A stretch of 64,000 bases of DNA from Octopus vulgaris (lineage: Eukaryota): assembly GCA_951406725.2 (NCBI GenBank), contig OX597817.1:141174001-141238000 (forward strand). The letters are read 5' to 3'. The notes beneath the pieces are model-generated. The model was not told the origin of the DNA. It did not search any database and was given only the letters and a program-made list of their open reading frames with translations. Below, piece by piece: positions 11,214 to 24,423 of this stretch (its first letter is position 1; every line of letters begins with the position of its first letter). The position numbers and the translations under genes are program-made.

Positions 11214-13020
11214 ATGTTCTTTTTATTGGTCACAAGAGCTGAACACAAACCAAAGAAGGACAATACATCGCAAGGGTTAAGTGGGGTTTGGCACAATATC
11301 ATGTTTAAAATAACAATAACAATTAACTATAAAATTAAACAATAAAAATTCCTCAAAACAGGGTAGCTTCTCTCACAGGCAACTGAGGAGCCCCACACAT
11401 CCTGGTTACCCCAGATGTCAGGGGTACTTCAGCAGTTGCTTCTTCCCTTCTCAACTTCTCTGGTTTTCAAGTGAATGTTCTGTGTAGGCTCATTCACATG
11501 GGCCATCTTGTCCACATTCACTTCTCTCCACCCTCACTTTCTTTTTCAAGTGGAACTTGAAAAAGTCAATGAGGGATTGGCCAAAGAAGAAAGTATCTGT
11601 CTTCAGTCCATCAGTCTTGTCCACCACACTACCTCCTTCACTATAAGCCACCAGACAGAGAAGAAAACTGCCTTTCTTTTCTGGCCAAAAGAAGGTAGCA
11701 GGGCGATCTTCATGATGAACTTGGCTGATAACAGGATCCGTCCTACACACATCAGTAGCTGTTCGACAAAAGTTCACAGGTCAGTCATGCCTGGACACCA
11801 GATGAGTGCATGCAAGATGGTTTTGCTACTCTGTGACATCTCGGTCAGCACTTTTGTGTCTGTAGAGCTTGTCTTGAACTGGCAGAGCTCCCTGGTAGCA
11901 GGAATTTCTGGAAATTATCAATAGGCCCTGGTCTGAAAGTCCTCCAGAAAACACCAGCTAATAGATCCCATTCATTGCCCAAAGTTTCCCCGAGCACATC
12001 GTCACTCTTGTCTGCCCCTAATCCCCTATAGAAATCCATTGTGGAACTTCCACCGACTGCATTACCCAACTGGCAGAGGGCTGTGAGTGCTTGCTGACAC
12101 TCCAGGTGCCAAGCACCCTTTCTTGGTCTACACTTGATCTAGGACTGTAGCTCCAACAATAAGACAAGTTGCGGAAAATCCTGTCTGACAAACAGCGACC
12201 ACACCCACTCACTGATAAGAAAACGCTGGAGATGTTGCAACCGCAGCGCATGTCTACACATCATTAGCTGTGGCATGCTCAGTTCTCCACTCAGCGGCTG
12301 TTGACAGCAGATGGACTGTTTGATGAGCAGAATACGTCCCTCTCACACAAACTGGAAGAACAAGCACTCCAACTTGATTGACCTTGAAGCAGGGCAATAG
12401 AGGATGGTCAGGTGGTAATAGATGACGGAAGCAATATACACATTTCCATCTCTGCCCAACCCTTCAAGGATAGCTTCCTCTCTGCCATTTCCGGGTGAGA
12501 CAGGCCACATTGCTTATTACCTCTCCCCAGTTCTTGTCCATCTGCAGACCCCAAGCAATTTAACTGGTCCTTCTGTCCAGTGCCCTACAACACTGTTGGT
12601 TGGCATAGACTTGTCTCTCCAGGTGCCAGGCTAGAGGCTCACCGACTTGTCCTCATTGATCTTTGTTCCTGTCACCATTTTGTACTCCCTTAAGGTAGTG
12701 CTGATCGTCTTGATTTCCAAGCTGCCCAACACGGCAATGGTGATGTCGTCTACATAAGTGAACACGCACCATCTGCATCCTAGTTTGTGTGGGATGCCCT
12801 TCAAATCATTCAACTTCCTTAGTAATGGCTTGAGAGTTAGCACATACAAAAGGGACAAGAGTTGATGGACCAAATGAGCAATGCTAAACAATTCCGAGAG
12901 GTGGCCATTTACTTGACCACCAAACAGATGTCGCTGCACACTGCAACAATTCAGCCTTTGAAAATGGTACTGAAACTGGCACCATGAGGACAGCCTCCAA
13001 GTATTGATGGCCCAATACTT
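11213..13020 (-). mobile_element. decayed L1/Tx1-clade non-LTR retrotransposon (3' part)
   Basis: Motifs LYVLTLKPLLRKL, YVDDITI and TGTKINEDKS, plus a CCHC knuckle remnant (PRC...TILHALIWCP). The 3' end abuts (TAA)n at 11180-11213. Confidence 0.78.
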
Positions 13021-14097
13021 TTACATGCTGGTGGCACATAAAAGAACCATCCAAATGTGGCTGTTGCCAGCACTGCCTTGACTGGCCTCCGTGCCGGTGG
13101 CACGTAAAAAGCACCAACCAATCGTGGCCGCTGCCAACCTTGGCTGGTACCTGTGTTGGTGGCATGTGAAAAGCACCCACTACACTCACAGAGTGGTTGG
13201 CATTAGGAAGAGCATCCAGCTGTAGAAACACTGCCAGATCAGACTGGGCCTGGTGCAGCCTCCTGGCTTCCCACACCCCGGTCGAACCGACCAACCCGTG
13301 CTAGCATGGAAAGTGGACGTTAAACGATGATGATGATGATGATGATGAATTTAAAATAGCCTTGTTGAATGAGATAAAAGACATGGCAAGGCAATAGCCA
13401 ATATCTCAAGAGAGTGAGTGTTGTGGAATTGAGTGACAACCAATGTGCATTGATTAATTTCCCCCAAATCAGGGTTTTTATAACTGCTCATACCTGAACT
13501 CTGTGAACCATATTTCTTTGATGAAAGTTAGAATTCAAATATGGGCAGTAAATTTGACCAATGGGAAACTAACAATTATACTTATTCGGACAACATGACC
13601 ATTACATCATATCACCGCTGATAAAGGTTTATTATGACTTGTGTCGCTACACTGTGAAGCGTGTATGGTGAGTCAATGGTTGTAGTCTGTCTGAGTCAGT
13701 GGTTGTATTATGTGTGTATTTAAGTCTGGTTGTTTGGGTGTCTTGAGTTATTGGTTGCCTGTTTGCCTGGTGTGTGTGTGTGTAATAACCATACAATTTC
13801 TCTGAAGCATTCTTGTGTGAAACTTGAGTTTTGGCTTTAGAGTCTAGTATTTATGTGAGGAATTATACAAATTAGAAATAAGGTGTTCTTCACTGTAGAC
13901 AAAATACTGTTAGAGAATATTAGGAATGACTGTGTATGTCATTGATATTTTTTGCTTTATTTAATTATATTCTTTAAGCAGTAAATTTTTTGCTTTTGAG
14001 AATCACAAATTCTCATATATTGACTGAAATATTTCTTGTTTTCATTTTCATAACACCTCTGCTGGCTCCTTTTCCCTTTTCGTGATACTATTACCAG

Positions 14098-14106
14098 AAC
14101 CATGTG
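14098..14106 (+). CDS. NUDT5: candidate 9-nt NUDT5 microexon (AACCATGTG)
   Basis: Long pyrimidine tract, ccag acceptor and gtatgt donor. Phase 1-1, giving ..PEL-E-P-C-(E/G). Confidence 0.6.
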
Positions 14107-14734
14107 GTATGTATATTAAATGGTTTACACAATAATTTCAAGATTTCAATCAATTCTTTGATTTACTTCACTATTTTTATTGTTGTTTAGATGGTTTCTC
14201 CTTGTTCAATTTTGATTAAGCAGACATATAGCTCAAGAAATCCAGCCATGACCATGTAGTCTTTTAGTGACATAATGTTTATTCATTTGTTTCACATGCT
14301 AGTCTATATTATCAAGGGAGGTAATTGATGCAGGATTTTTATGGCCAAATGGATGATGATGATGATGATAATCTTCCTATCGCCAATGGTTTTCAAGTAT
14401 TTAATTCCAGAGGAATCTGAAAATGCAGATAGCTGAGGGATTTGGGGAAAAGTGTAAATGTCAACAAACACACAAAAAAATTTATCAATCTCTCTTGCTG
14501 AACTGCTAAGTTATGAGAATGTACACACACCTACACCAGCTGTCAAGTGGTGCTAGGGGACAAAGACACACATACATATATATACACACATACACATATG
14601 CAACAAGCTTCTTTCAGTTTCCTTCTTCCAAATCCACTCACAAGGCTTTAGTCAAGCTAAGGTAGACAACAGGTATCATTTATAGGAACTGAGCATGAAG
14701 CTATGGGATTGGGAATTGAACCTCTCAACTGTAC

Positions 14735-15150
14735 AGCCTCAGTGGCTGTGTAGTAAGTAGCTTGCTTACCAACCACATGGTTCCGGGTTCAGTCCCACTG
14801 CGTGGCATCTTGGGCAAGTGTCTTCTGCTATAGCCCCGGGCTGACCAATGCCTTGTGAGTGGATTTGGTAGACGGAAACTGAAAGAAGCCTGTCGTATAT
14901 ATGTATATATAATATATATATATATATATATATTATGTGTGTGTGTGTTTGTGTATCTGTGTTTGTCCACCTAGCATTGCTTGACAACCGATGCTGGTGT
15001 GTTTACATCCCCATCACTTAGCGGTTCGGCAAAAGAGACCGATAGAATAAGTACTGGGCTTACAAAGAATAAGTCCTGGGGTCGATTTGCTCGACTAAAG
15101 GCGGTGCTCCAGCATGGCCGCAGTCAAATGACTGAAACAAGTAAAAGAGT
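14735..15150 (+). mobile_element. tRNA-derived CORE-type SINE (octopus OR2-like) with internal (TA)n/(TG)n
   Basis: A-box gtggctgtgtagtaag, B-box gggttcagtccc and CORE-like gtggcatcttgggcaagtgtctt. Degenerate copies near 7700-8060, 23665-23910, 41430-41590(-) and 42880-42990. Confidence 0.8.
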
Positions 15151-15527
15151 AAAAATATATATATATATATAATCAAAATCAAAGTGAAATTCGATGACGG
15201 GCACGAACGTGATCGTTGACAGAGCGGCTAACTGGCTTCCGTGCCAGTGGCACATAAAAGACACCATTCGAGTGTGATCATTACCAGCTTCGCCTTACTG
15301 GTGCTTGTGCCGTTGGCATGTGTAAAAAAAAAAAATTCGAGCGAGGTCATTGCCAGTACTGCCTGACTGGCCCCCATGCCGGTGGCATGTAAAAGCACCC
15401 ACTACACTCTCAGAGTGGTTGGCGTTAGGAAGGGCATCCAGCTGTAGAAACTCTGCCAGATCAGACTAGAGCCTGGTGCAGCCTTCTGGTTTGCTAGACC
15501 CCAGTTGAACCGTCCAATCCATGCTAG

Positions 15528-15627
15528 NNNNNNNNNNNNNNNNNNNNNNNNNNNNNNNNNNNNNNNNNNNNNNNNNNNNNNNNNNNNNNNNNNNNNNNNN
15601 NNNNNNNNNNNNNNNNNNNNNNNNNNN
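15528..15627. other. assembly gap (100 N)
   Basis: Run of N with RTE-derived sequence on both sides. Confidence 0.99.
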
Positions 15628-17025
15628 AAATACTGAGCCAAAGATAAACCTCTGTACTTGGCTTTTGTTGATTTGGAGAAAGCCTTTGACAGGGTCACCC
15701 AATCCCAAATCTGGTGGTCAATGCGGAAACTAAGGATAGACAAGTGGTTGGTGAGAGCTGCACAAGGAAGCTGTCAGTAAGGTGAGGATTGGCAACAATT
15801 AAAGTGAAGAATTCAGGGTACAGGTAGGGGCTCAAAGATGGGTCCTCAGCCTCCCTCCCCTCTTGTTCATCATAGTCCTCCAGGCAAAAGCAGAAGAATT
15901 CAAGACAAAGTTTAGGGTGTGGAAGCAATGTCTAGAATCGAAGGGCCTTAGAGCCAATCGAGTAAAAACCAAAGCCTTAGTAAGTAAGAAGGCAGACAAA
16001 TGACAAATCCCTTCAGGTAGTTGGTGCTGCTTGATCTGTAGCAAAAGCGTAGGTAGAAACTCCATAAGATGTACCCAGTGTAAGCTATGGACACATAAGA
16101 GGTGCAGCAATATCAAAGGAAGGTTAACTGGGAAGATAGATTTTGTGTGTGGCAATAAACACCAAAGATGTGCAGAAGAAAGATTCCATCACATGATAGG
16201 GGAAAAAACAAGAAGTAGTTGACAGCTTCCATTACCTAGGTGACCAAGTCAGTCGCAGGGATAGATGCTCTGAAAGTGTGGCTGCTAGAATAAGAATAGA
16301 CTGGGCAAAGTTCAGAGAGCTCCTACCTCTGATGGTAGCAAAGGGCCTCTTGCTCAGAGTGAGAGGTAGATTGTATGATGCATGTATGTGAACAGCCGTG
16401 TTACACAGCAGTGAAACATGGGCTGTGAGTGCTGAGGACATGCTTAGACTTGAAAGAAATGAAGCTAGTATGATCTGCTGAATGTGTAATGTCGGTGTGC
16501 ATACACAACAGATTGTTAAGTGCCCTGAGAGAAAAGGGCACTTAAAGGGGTGCAAAGGAGACGACTGCATTGTGTGGTCATGTGATGCTTGTGGACAAGG
16601 ACAGCTGTGTAAACAAAAGCAAATCTTCAACTGTGGAGGGAACTTGTAGTACAGGTAGACCCAGGAAGGCACAGAACAAGGTGGTGAAGCATGATCTTCG
16701 AACTTTGGGCCTCACAGAAGCAATGATTAGTGACCGATACCTTTGGTGATATGATATGCTTGAGAGGATCTGTCAAGCCAAGTGAAATCGTAGTCATGGC
16801 TGAGCTCGTTTTGAGTGTTGGACTCCACAGAGGCAAAGAGCGAGATCTTGGGCATTATGTTGTGCTTGAGAAGAAGACCTATCAAGCCAAGTAAAATTGC
16901 TGTCACAGCAGATGCTGGTGTCACACAAACGGCACCCATTATTTCCTCGGAGTGGTTGCCAACAGTGGTTGAACTCTCCACCACATGCCAGCATGGACAA
17001 CGGACACTAAATGATGATGATGATA
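15628..17025 (+). mobile_element. decayed RTE LINE
   Basis: LYLAFVDLEKAFDRV motif, PHD remnant and multiple stop codons; GAT tail near 17011-17025. Confidence 0.88.
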
Positions 17026-17296
17026 AATAAAATAATTTTAAAAGCAGAAAGAAATTAATGGATAAGCAGGTGCTCTCATGTAATAGGTAAGGGTGGGGTG
17101 TGGTAGACCTCCTGGCTGTTGATAGACGTAGTCCCACCAGGGGGAGCCTATTACTACTTTCTATGTCACAGTGATGTCTATAATGGCTAACCATCATGAA
17201 TAATGATTGATGCCAACATTGGTGGCTGAGTGGAAATAAACAGACTTTAAAATAAAAAACAAAACAAAACAACAGTTTATGAAGAAATTCTCTAAC

Positions 17297-17526
17297 TTGT
17301 TTTGAATCTGTGGCATCGGCAGAATTTGGCAGTCCATTGGTAGTAGCTGTTGCTGCTACTGGTGTTACAACTGCCACTGGTGTTGTGGATGTAGGTAGAG
17401 GCTGTGGACCGGTTGCAGGTATTGGAGCAGCAGAACTTGTCTCTTGCTTCACTATTGTGGTGGCTGATGCTGCTGCAGCACTTGCAGCAGTCGTTACAGC
17501 AGCTGTAGCAAGGGTTGCTAATGGAT
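17297..17526 (-). CDS. HCFC1: HCF-1 exon, last visible before the gap
   Basis: tgtag/gttaga boundaries. Encodes DPLATLATAAVTTAASAAAAS...NGLPNSADATDSKQ. Confidence 0.85.
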
Positions 17527-17716
17527 CTACAGAAAAAGACAGAAAAATGTCCAGTTAATCCTTTCATCAGTGCACATGCAAAAAACATTTTCGAAAGGCA
17601 TGTTACAAAATATATATTTGAATCTATGGAAATCAATGAATTATGCAAATCAATGCACATTTTTTTTTCATAAGGATCATTTAAATCTTACTTGTAATAA
17701 TAATAATAATAATAAT

Positions 17717-18455
17717 AGGGAGACAGAAAGTCTGTTAGTAGCAGCACAAGATCAAGCATTAAGGACTAATTGGATAAAAGCCAAGATAGACAAAAACCAA
17801 GTAGATTCCCAATGTAGGTTACTCAAATCAAAAGAGGAAAGTGTTAATCATATAGTAAGTGAATGTAGCATGCTGGCACAGAAAGAATACAAGAAAAGAG
17901 ATGACAACCTAGGGAGAGTAATCCACTGGGAGCTATGCAGAAAGTTAGGACTAGACCATACTGATAAATGGTACAAACATGACCCTAGCAAAGTACAAGA
18001 AAGTAAGAAATACTAGTTGCTGTGGTACTTTAATAGTCAGACTGACAGAGTAATAGAAGCTAGAAGCCTGATTTTGTAGTAGTAGACAAACTGAATAGAA
18101 AGTGCCAGATAATTGACTTTACAGTCCCAAATGATGAAAAAATCAATATGAGTGGTATAGAGAAAATAGCCAAGTACCAGGACCTAGCCATTGAATTACA
18201 GAAACTATGGAAAGTTCGGGTAAAATGTATCCCAGTAGTTATAGGTGCATTGGGAACTATCCCTAAATGTCTGAACAGATGGATGGAGGAAATAGGCATA
18301 AAACCCTGTTTAGTAGAGCTCCAGAAAACAGTGTTATTAGGGACAACAAGGATACTTAAGAAGGTTCTTGGCATCCAAAGTTACTTGTTGTAGCCTGATG
18401 TTGGGAATTTTTCTTTTCCAACAGTCTAATCTGTTGTGTGTATATGAAAACAATG
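17717..18455 (+). mobile_element. 5'-truncated Dong/R4-clade retrotransposon (zinc knuckle and REL endonuclease)
   Basis: Motifs ETESLLVAAQDQAL, CRL...EESVNHIVSEC, PDFVVVD, EKIAKYQDLAIE and IPVVIGALG. Starts inside (TAA)n. Confidence 0.88.
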
Positions 18456-18464
18456 ATGATAACA

Positions 18465-19172
18465 ATAAACATATAATGAAAAGAAACATAACAAGCAACT
18501 GCAGAATATGTGGAGATGGACAAGAAACAATAAACCATATTGTCTGTGGCTGCCCAGTCCTGGCTAAGAAGGAATATATTCACAGACACGACAGAGTTGG
18601 GACCTATGTACACTGGAAGCTATGCCAACATTATGGAATAACAACAGAAAAAACATGGTATAGGCATACGCCAGAAAAGGTAGCAGAAACTGAGAAAGCA
18701 ACCAAATCATGGGATATTCCAATGCACACAGAGAAAGTAAGAGCAATAAGCCAGATATAGTTGTCAGAGTTCATGAAGAAAACAAAGTGCTTTCTAATCG
18801 ATGTATCAAGACCAGCAGATGACAACTTTTCTGTAAAAGAAATGGAGAAACTCTCAAAATATAAAGACCTGGAAATAGAGGTAACCCAAATACGAAGTCT
18901 AAAAACAAAAACAACTCCCAATCATAATGATAAAAAAATATTCAGACAAATACATAGCAAAAACACCAGGACTTACAAATATATATAACATACAGAAAAT
19001 TGCACCACTTGGCATTGCACACATCCTACGCAAAACACTTTCAATACAGTAACAATAAGAGCATCACAACAAACCACAGCACATATCCAAGGAACACAGA
19101 GCTGCACTTGGTAGTGAAGTGGAAGCACACTATAAAAATAAAACTACTGAATAATGATAATAATAATAATAT
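18465..19172 (+). mobile_element. second, distinct Dong/R4 fragment
   Basis: Motifs CRICGDGQETINHIVCGC, RHDRVG, PDIVV, CFLIDVS and EKLSKYKDLEIE. Ends in (TAA)n. Confidence 0.86.
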
Positions 19173-19174
19173 TA

Positions 19175-20455
19175 CCGCTGTTAGAATTAACAATATAATA
19201 CCTACAGAAAATGTGATATACCCACAAACATTTAAGAAACTAGATGCTTGGGGGTGTTGTGAAAATGTCAGATCAAGAAATGAACTGATCGAAAGATGAA
19301 TTATTTGAAAGACCAATTTTTCCGAAGTTGATTAGTTTGAAACGCCATCTCACTATATATAAACGGCAAAATGTTTGTCTGTGTGTGTGTCCTTTATACA
19401 AATCCACAATTTTTCAGTTAGAGGGCTCACACTTTCTATGGTCATTCAAAACCGTCCAAGGGTGGTCGTGCACATCTTTACATTTCCCCAGTCACCCCCA
19501 CAAAGCCATTAAAAAAAAAAATCGATAAACTGACCCCTTATGTTTCAGGTAACAAAAAGTCTTTAATACAAGGGACGTAACTCACTTCAGCAATTTAATC
19601 TAAAAATATTAAACCATAGCAAGGGAAATAACTCTTTAAAACTCTGTTTCCCTCCCTTTGTTATGTATCACACCAAATGTGCAAGCTTTTTTGATTTGAG
19701 AAATGCAGGGAATAATTAACGTGTTAGACCAAGTGAATGACAAGAGAGAGGGATTTTCATGAAAGACCAAATATGCTTGACTAGCACTGGACTTGACAAC
19801 GCCGGGTCATAGTGCTAGTAATAAGATAAAACAGTATCTTCATTTTGTGAATGAAACTTTTGATGCTGAAATACATCCCAACTGAAAAAGTTTATATGTT
19901 TATGATGTTTAGTGAGAACTTTATGAAGTGTTATACCCCTAACCAAGATTAATCTATAGACGAAAGCGGTATGCTGTTCAAGGGAAGGTTAGGATGGGTT
20001 CAGTATACGCCTAAAAAGGAAAGTTTGCAGTGAAGTATTTTTTTTTGTGTGTGTGTGTGTGTGTGAAGCAAACACTTATGCTGGCAAAGGAACAGAGTTT
20101 GATTCAGAATATAGTGAATATCCCATGAGTTGTTGAGTTGTGTTGTCTCTGATGAAGCCCCTTTACTTGGTAAAGGGTACTGTGTTATGGTGGATAACTT
20201 TTACACTAGTCCGCAATTAGTTGATACTCTGGTTAGTCACTACACTGGTATTTATGAAACTGTTTGAATAGAAAGGAAGTGCCTGAATGGTTGAAAAGGG
20301 CAAAATTGGAAAAAAACCGAGAATGTTGCAGCATTTCAGAGAGGTAAGGTAATGACTCTTCGTTGGAAAGACAAGAAGGATGTTGCAATGGTTTCAACTA
20401 TTCACAACCTGCTATGAAGGATGTTGAGACAAAACAAGGACCTGTGAAGAAACCA
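19175..20455 (+). mobile_element. piggyBac-type transposase remnant, interrupted by a Helitron
   Basis: Motifs SIDESGMLFKGRLGWVQY.PKK, GKGYCVMVDNFYTSPQL and RWKDKKDVAMVSTIH, with frameshifts. Confidence 0.82.
19348..19818 (+). mobile_element. non-autonomous Helitron
   Basis: 5' A|TC, subterminal hairpin, 3' CTAG|T, no TSD. Confidence 0.8.
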
Positions 20456-21454
20456 GAGACCTTTGGAAATATGCTGTGACTGAGAAGACCTGGTAAATAA
20501 AATGAGATCACAGCTGTAACCTACACCAGTGTTGCATAACCAGCCAACTCAAAAAGTACCCTTGGATTGTAGGGTGACATGCTATGATTGAGGAAACCTA
20601 TTGAGTCAAGTACATCATAATCAAATCAAATCAAATCACAATTAAATGGAAATTGTAGTTGTGGTCCCCGTGCTGGTGGCACGTAAAAACAATCATCCAA
20701 ACGTGGTCCATGCCAGCCCCCTTTCCCCGATTGGCTTCTGTGCTGGTGATACGTAAAATGCACCATCTGAATGTGGCTGATTCCAGCACTGCCTTGATTG
20801 GATCCCGTGCCAGTGGCACGTAAAAAGTACCATCCGATCATGGTTGATGCCAGCCCCCTCTGGCATCCGCATAGGCATCAAGCAGAAACCATTTTTATAA
20901 ACAAATTTACATCAATAATGGAAGTCAAAATATTTACATTGTTTCCTGTTGTTACGTCTGTGGCAGAATGAGTTTAGAAAATAATGCATACCTTGATAAG
21001 CCTACTATAATTTAGAGAATAGCATAGGAAGCAGTGGGGGTTAAGATAAAAGAAGACCTTATGTAGCATGTAGTTTTCAACCACTTAGAATTAAATCCCA
21101 AGGGAGTTGTCAACTGTATTCCAGGTGATGGTGATAAATCAATTCAAGTCAGACAATTTGCTAGACTCTCAATGTACTGGAACCATATGTCTAGCTTTAT
21201 CAACATAAAAGGGTATGTTGCAGAGTTGCTGGTAAGTGAATGACTGATGGTGAAGGGGTGGTCACTAGAAGAAAGATGGGTAGGGGTGGCCAACACTTAT
21301 TTAGATTGTTAAATAGAGGGGAATACAATGAAAAACCAAAAGAGATAAGTAATATAAGCTTTAGGGGTGGGAATTAGAATTGAGGAATGCGAGAAGGAGA
21401 TTAACCCCTTTTCAGATAAATTAAAAAAAATTTTTTTATAGTATTTTTAATGCT

Positions 21455-23607
21455 GATCGGGCAGTGTGGGTTATGGTCTTGTCACCTGCATCTTAAATCA
21501 AGTTGTTCATGAAGGAATCACACCTAATGACTGGTGTAGCAGCATCATAGTCGACTGCTACAAAGGTAAAGGTGATGCTTTAGATAGAAATAACTGTAGG
21601 GGTATCAAATTATTGGATCAGGTGATGAAAGTTACAGAGAGGGTCATAGCCCAACTAATTAAGGAGAGAGTTAGCCTAGATAAGATGCAGTTTGGTTTTG
21701 TATGAAGCAGAAGCACCACTGATGCTATATTTCTGGCAAGGCAACTGCAACAGAAATATCTAGCCAAAGATAAACCTCTGTACCTGGCTTTTGTTGACTA
21801 GGAGAAAGCCTTTGACAGGGTCCCCCTGATCCCTTATCTGGTGGTCAATGCAGAAACTGGGGATGGAGGAGTGGTTGGTAAGAGCTGTACAAGCCCTTTA
21901 CAGCAATGCTGTCAGTAAGGTGAGGGTTGGCAATGTGTATAGTGAAGAATTTCAAGTAGGAGTAGGGGTTCACCAACAATCAGTCCTCAGCCCCATCTTA
22001 TTCATCATAGTCCTCCAGGCAATAACAGAGTAATTCAAGACAGGCTGCCCCTGGGAGCTCCTCTATTCTGGTGATCTTGCTCTAATAGTTGAGTCACTGC
22101 CAGAACTAGAATCAAAGGGCCTTAGGGTTAACCTAGCAAAGTCCAAAGTCTTAGTAGATGGCCCTACCTGATCTGTAGAAAAAACATGGGTAGAAAATCC
22201 CATACAATGTATCCGATGTAAGATATGGACACATAAGAGGTGCAGTAATATCAAAGGAAGGTTGACTGGGAAAATAGTTTTTGTGTGTGGCAAATGCTCA
22301 GGGGCAATAAACACTGAAGATATACAGAAAACAGATTCCATCCCATGCCAGAGGGTGAAACTGGAAGTACTTATTAGCTTCTGCTACCTAGGTGACCAAG
22401 TCTTAAGTAAGGGTAGTTGCTCTGAGAGTGTAGTGGCTAGAATAAGAATAGCCAGGGCAAAGTTCAGGGAGCTCCTACCTCTGCTGGCAACTAAGAGCCT
22501 CTCACTCAGGATGAAAGGTAGACTATATGATGCATGTGTGTGAACTGCCATGCTACATGGCAGTGAAACATGGGCCATGGCTGCTGAGGACATGCGTAGG
22601 CTTGAAAGAAATGAAGGTAGTATGATCTGCTGAATGTGTAATGTCAGTGTGCATACACGACAGAGTGTGAGCACCCTGAGAGAAAAGTTGGGCATAAGAA
22701 GCATAAAATGTGGTATGCAAGAGAGACGGCTGCACTTGTATGGTCATGTGTTATGTATGGATGAGGACAGTTGCATGAGGAAGTGCCACTCCTTAAATGT
22801 GGAAGGAACCTGTGTAAAAGACAGACCCAGGAAGATATGGGATGAGGTGGTGGGCCTTCGAATATTGGGCCTCACAGAGGCAATAACAGGGGATCAAAAT
22901 CTTTAGAGATATGCAATGATTGAGAAGACCTGGCAACTAAAGTGAGATTGGAGCCAGGCATATCCAGCCTTGTTAAGAGTACCCTTGATGCGTGTGGTGA
23001 TATGATATGCTTGAGAAGACCTGTTGAATAAAATAAAACCAATATCGTAGCTGTGACCAGTACACACTAAGTGGCTCCTATGTGCATGGCCTGTAAAAAG
23101 CACCATCCGGATGTGGCTGACGCCAGTACCCATTGACTGGCCCCTGTGCAGTGGCACGTAAAAAGCACTATCCGAACGTAATCGATGCTAGGCCTGCTGG
23201 ACTGGCTCCTGTGCCAGTGACACGTAAAAAGCACCCACTACACTCTTGGAGTGGTTGGCGTTAGGAAGGGCATCCTGCTGTAGAAATATTGCCAGATAAG
23301 ATTGGAGCCTGGTGTGGCCGCTGGTTCTCCAAGCCTCAGTCAACTGCATGCCAGCATGGAAAACGGACATTAACTCTTTTGTTACCAACCCGGCTGAAAC
23401 CAGCTTTGACTCTGTAGTACAAATGTCTTGTTTTCATAAGTTTTGAATTAAAATCTTCCACCAAACCTTAGTCACAATTTATGTTCCTAACATTAGCTGA
23501 ATGATAACTAAGTTATTTTCCTAAATTCTTTACTACATTTAAAGTAATTGAAAGAAACACAGAGCACCTCATAAATAGAGCAATGAAAGGGTTAAATGAT
23601 GATGATA
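21455..23607 (+). mobile_element. decayed RTE LINE with 3' UTR; tail interrupted by a TTAA MITE
   Basis: PNDWCSSIIVDCYKGKGDALDRNNCRGIKLL and QFGF motifs plus later RT motifs, with stop codons. Confidence 0.9.
23374..23591. mobile_element. piggyBac-like MITE nested in an RTE tail
   Basis: Duplicates the TTAA of ggacaTTAAatgatgat; homologous to 31936-32157 in reverse orientation. Confidence 0.85.
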
Positions 23608-23914
23608 ACGTCTATAACCAGGTGTAAAAACAAGAAAGATTCCCACAACCCAAATATATATGTGCAGGTATAGCTGTGTGGTTAAGCAGCTCATTTTCCA
23701 ACCATATGGTTTTTATGGTTTGAGGTTCAGTCCCACTGTGTGACACCAGGAGCAAGTGCCTTCAAAGCCTTTTAAGTGGATTTGGTAGACAAAAACCAAA
23801 AGATCAGTTTTTGTGTCTGTCGACATTGTGTGACAGTCTAAGTGAGCATCATCATCACATACATACAAGCGATGTTCTTCATTTCCAGTCTTCTGCAAAA
23901 ATATGTTTGGTTAA

Positions 23915-24372
23915 ATCAAATTCAGTGACAGGCATCTGTTGCTAGTGGAGTGCTAAGAGTACCATACAAGTGAGATCATTGCCAGAGCAACAAGCTAGCC
24001 TTTGTGCTGATGGCACGTTAAGCACACCATTTGAGTGTGATCATTACCGCGTCGCCTTACTAGCACTTGTGCTGGTGGCACGTGAAACATTCGAGTGAGG
24101 TCGTCGCCAGTGCCGCTGGACTGGCTCCTGTGCAGGTGGCACGTAAAAAGCACCATTTGGGCGTGGTCATTGCCAGTACCACTAAACTGGTTCTCGTGCT
24201 GATGGCACGTAAAAGCACCCACAACACTCTCGGAGTGGTTGGCATTAGGAAGGGCATCCAGCTGTAGAAACTCTGCCAGATCAGATTGGAGTCTGGTTCA
24301 CCAGACCTCAGTCAAATCGTCCAACCCATGCTAGCATGGAAAGTGGACGTTAAATGATGATGATATGATGAT
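23915..24372 (+). repeat. RTE 3' UTR fragment
   Basis: Tandem units, terminal hairpin and GAT tail. Confidence 0.9.
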
Positions 24373-24423
24373 GATTTCTCATACACACATTTAACTTTGG
24401 AAAGCAAATAGAAAGAAGCTTAC

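Noticed and set aside
13090-13140. Resemblance of the repeat unit to a pistol ribozyme (CGUG stem, A-rich linker, GCGU in some units)
   Set aside because: The P2/P3 arrangement and pseudoknot spacing required for pistol could not be built; kept only as a generic pseudoknot.
14191-14220. Possible next NUDT5 exon after tttag
   Set aside because: It reaches a TAA within 10 codons and has no similarity to the expected EFVEV segment.
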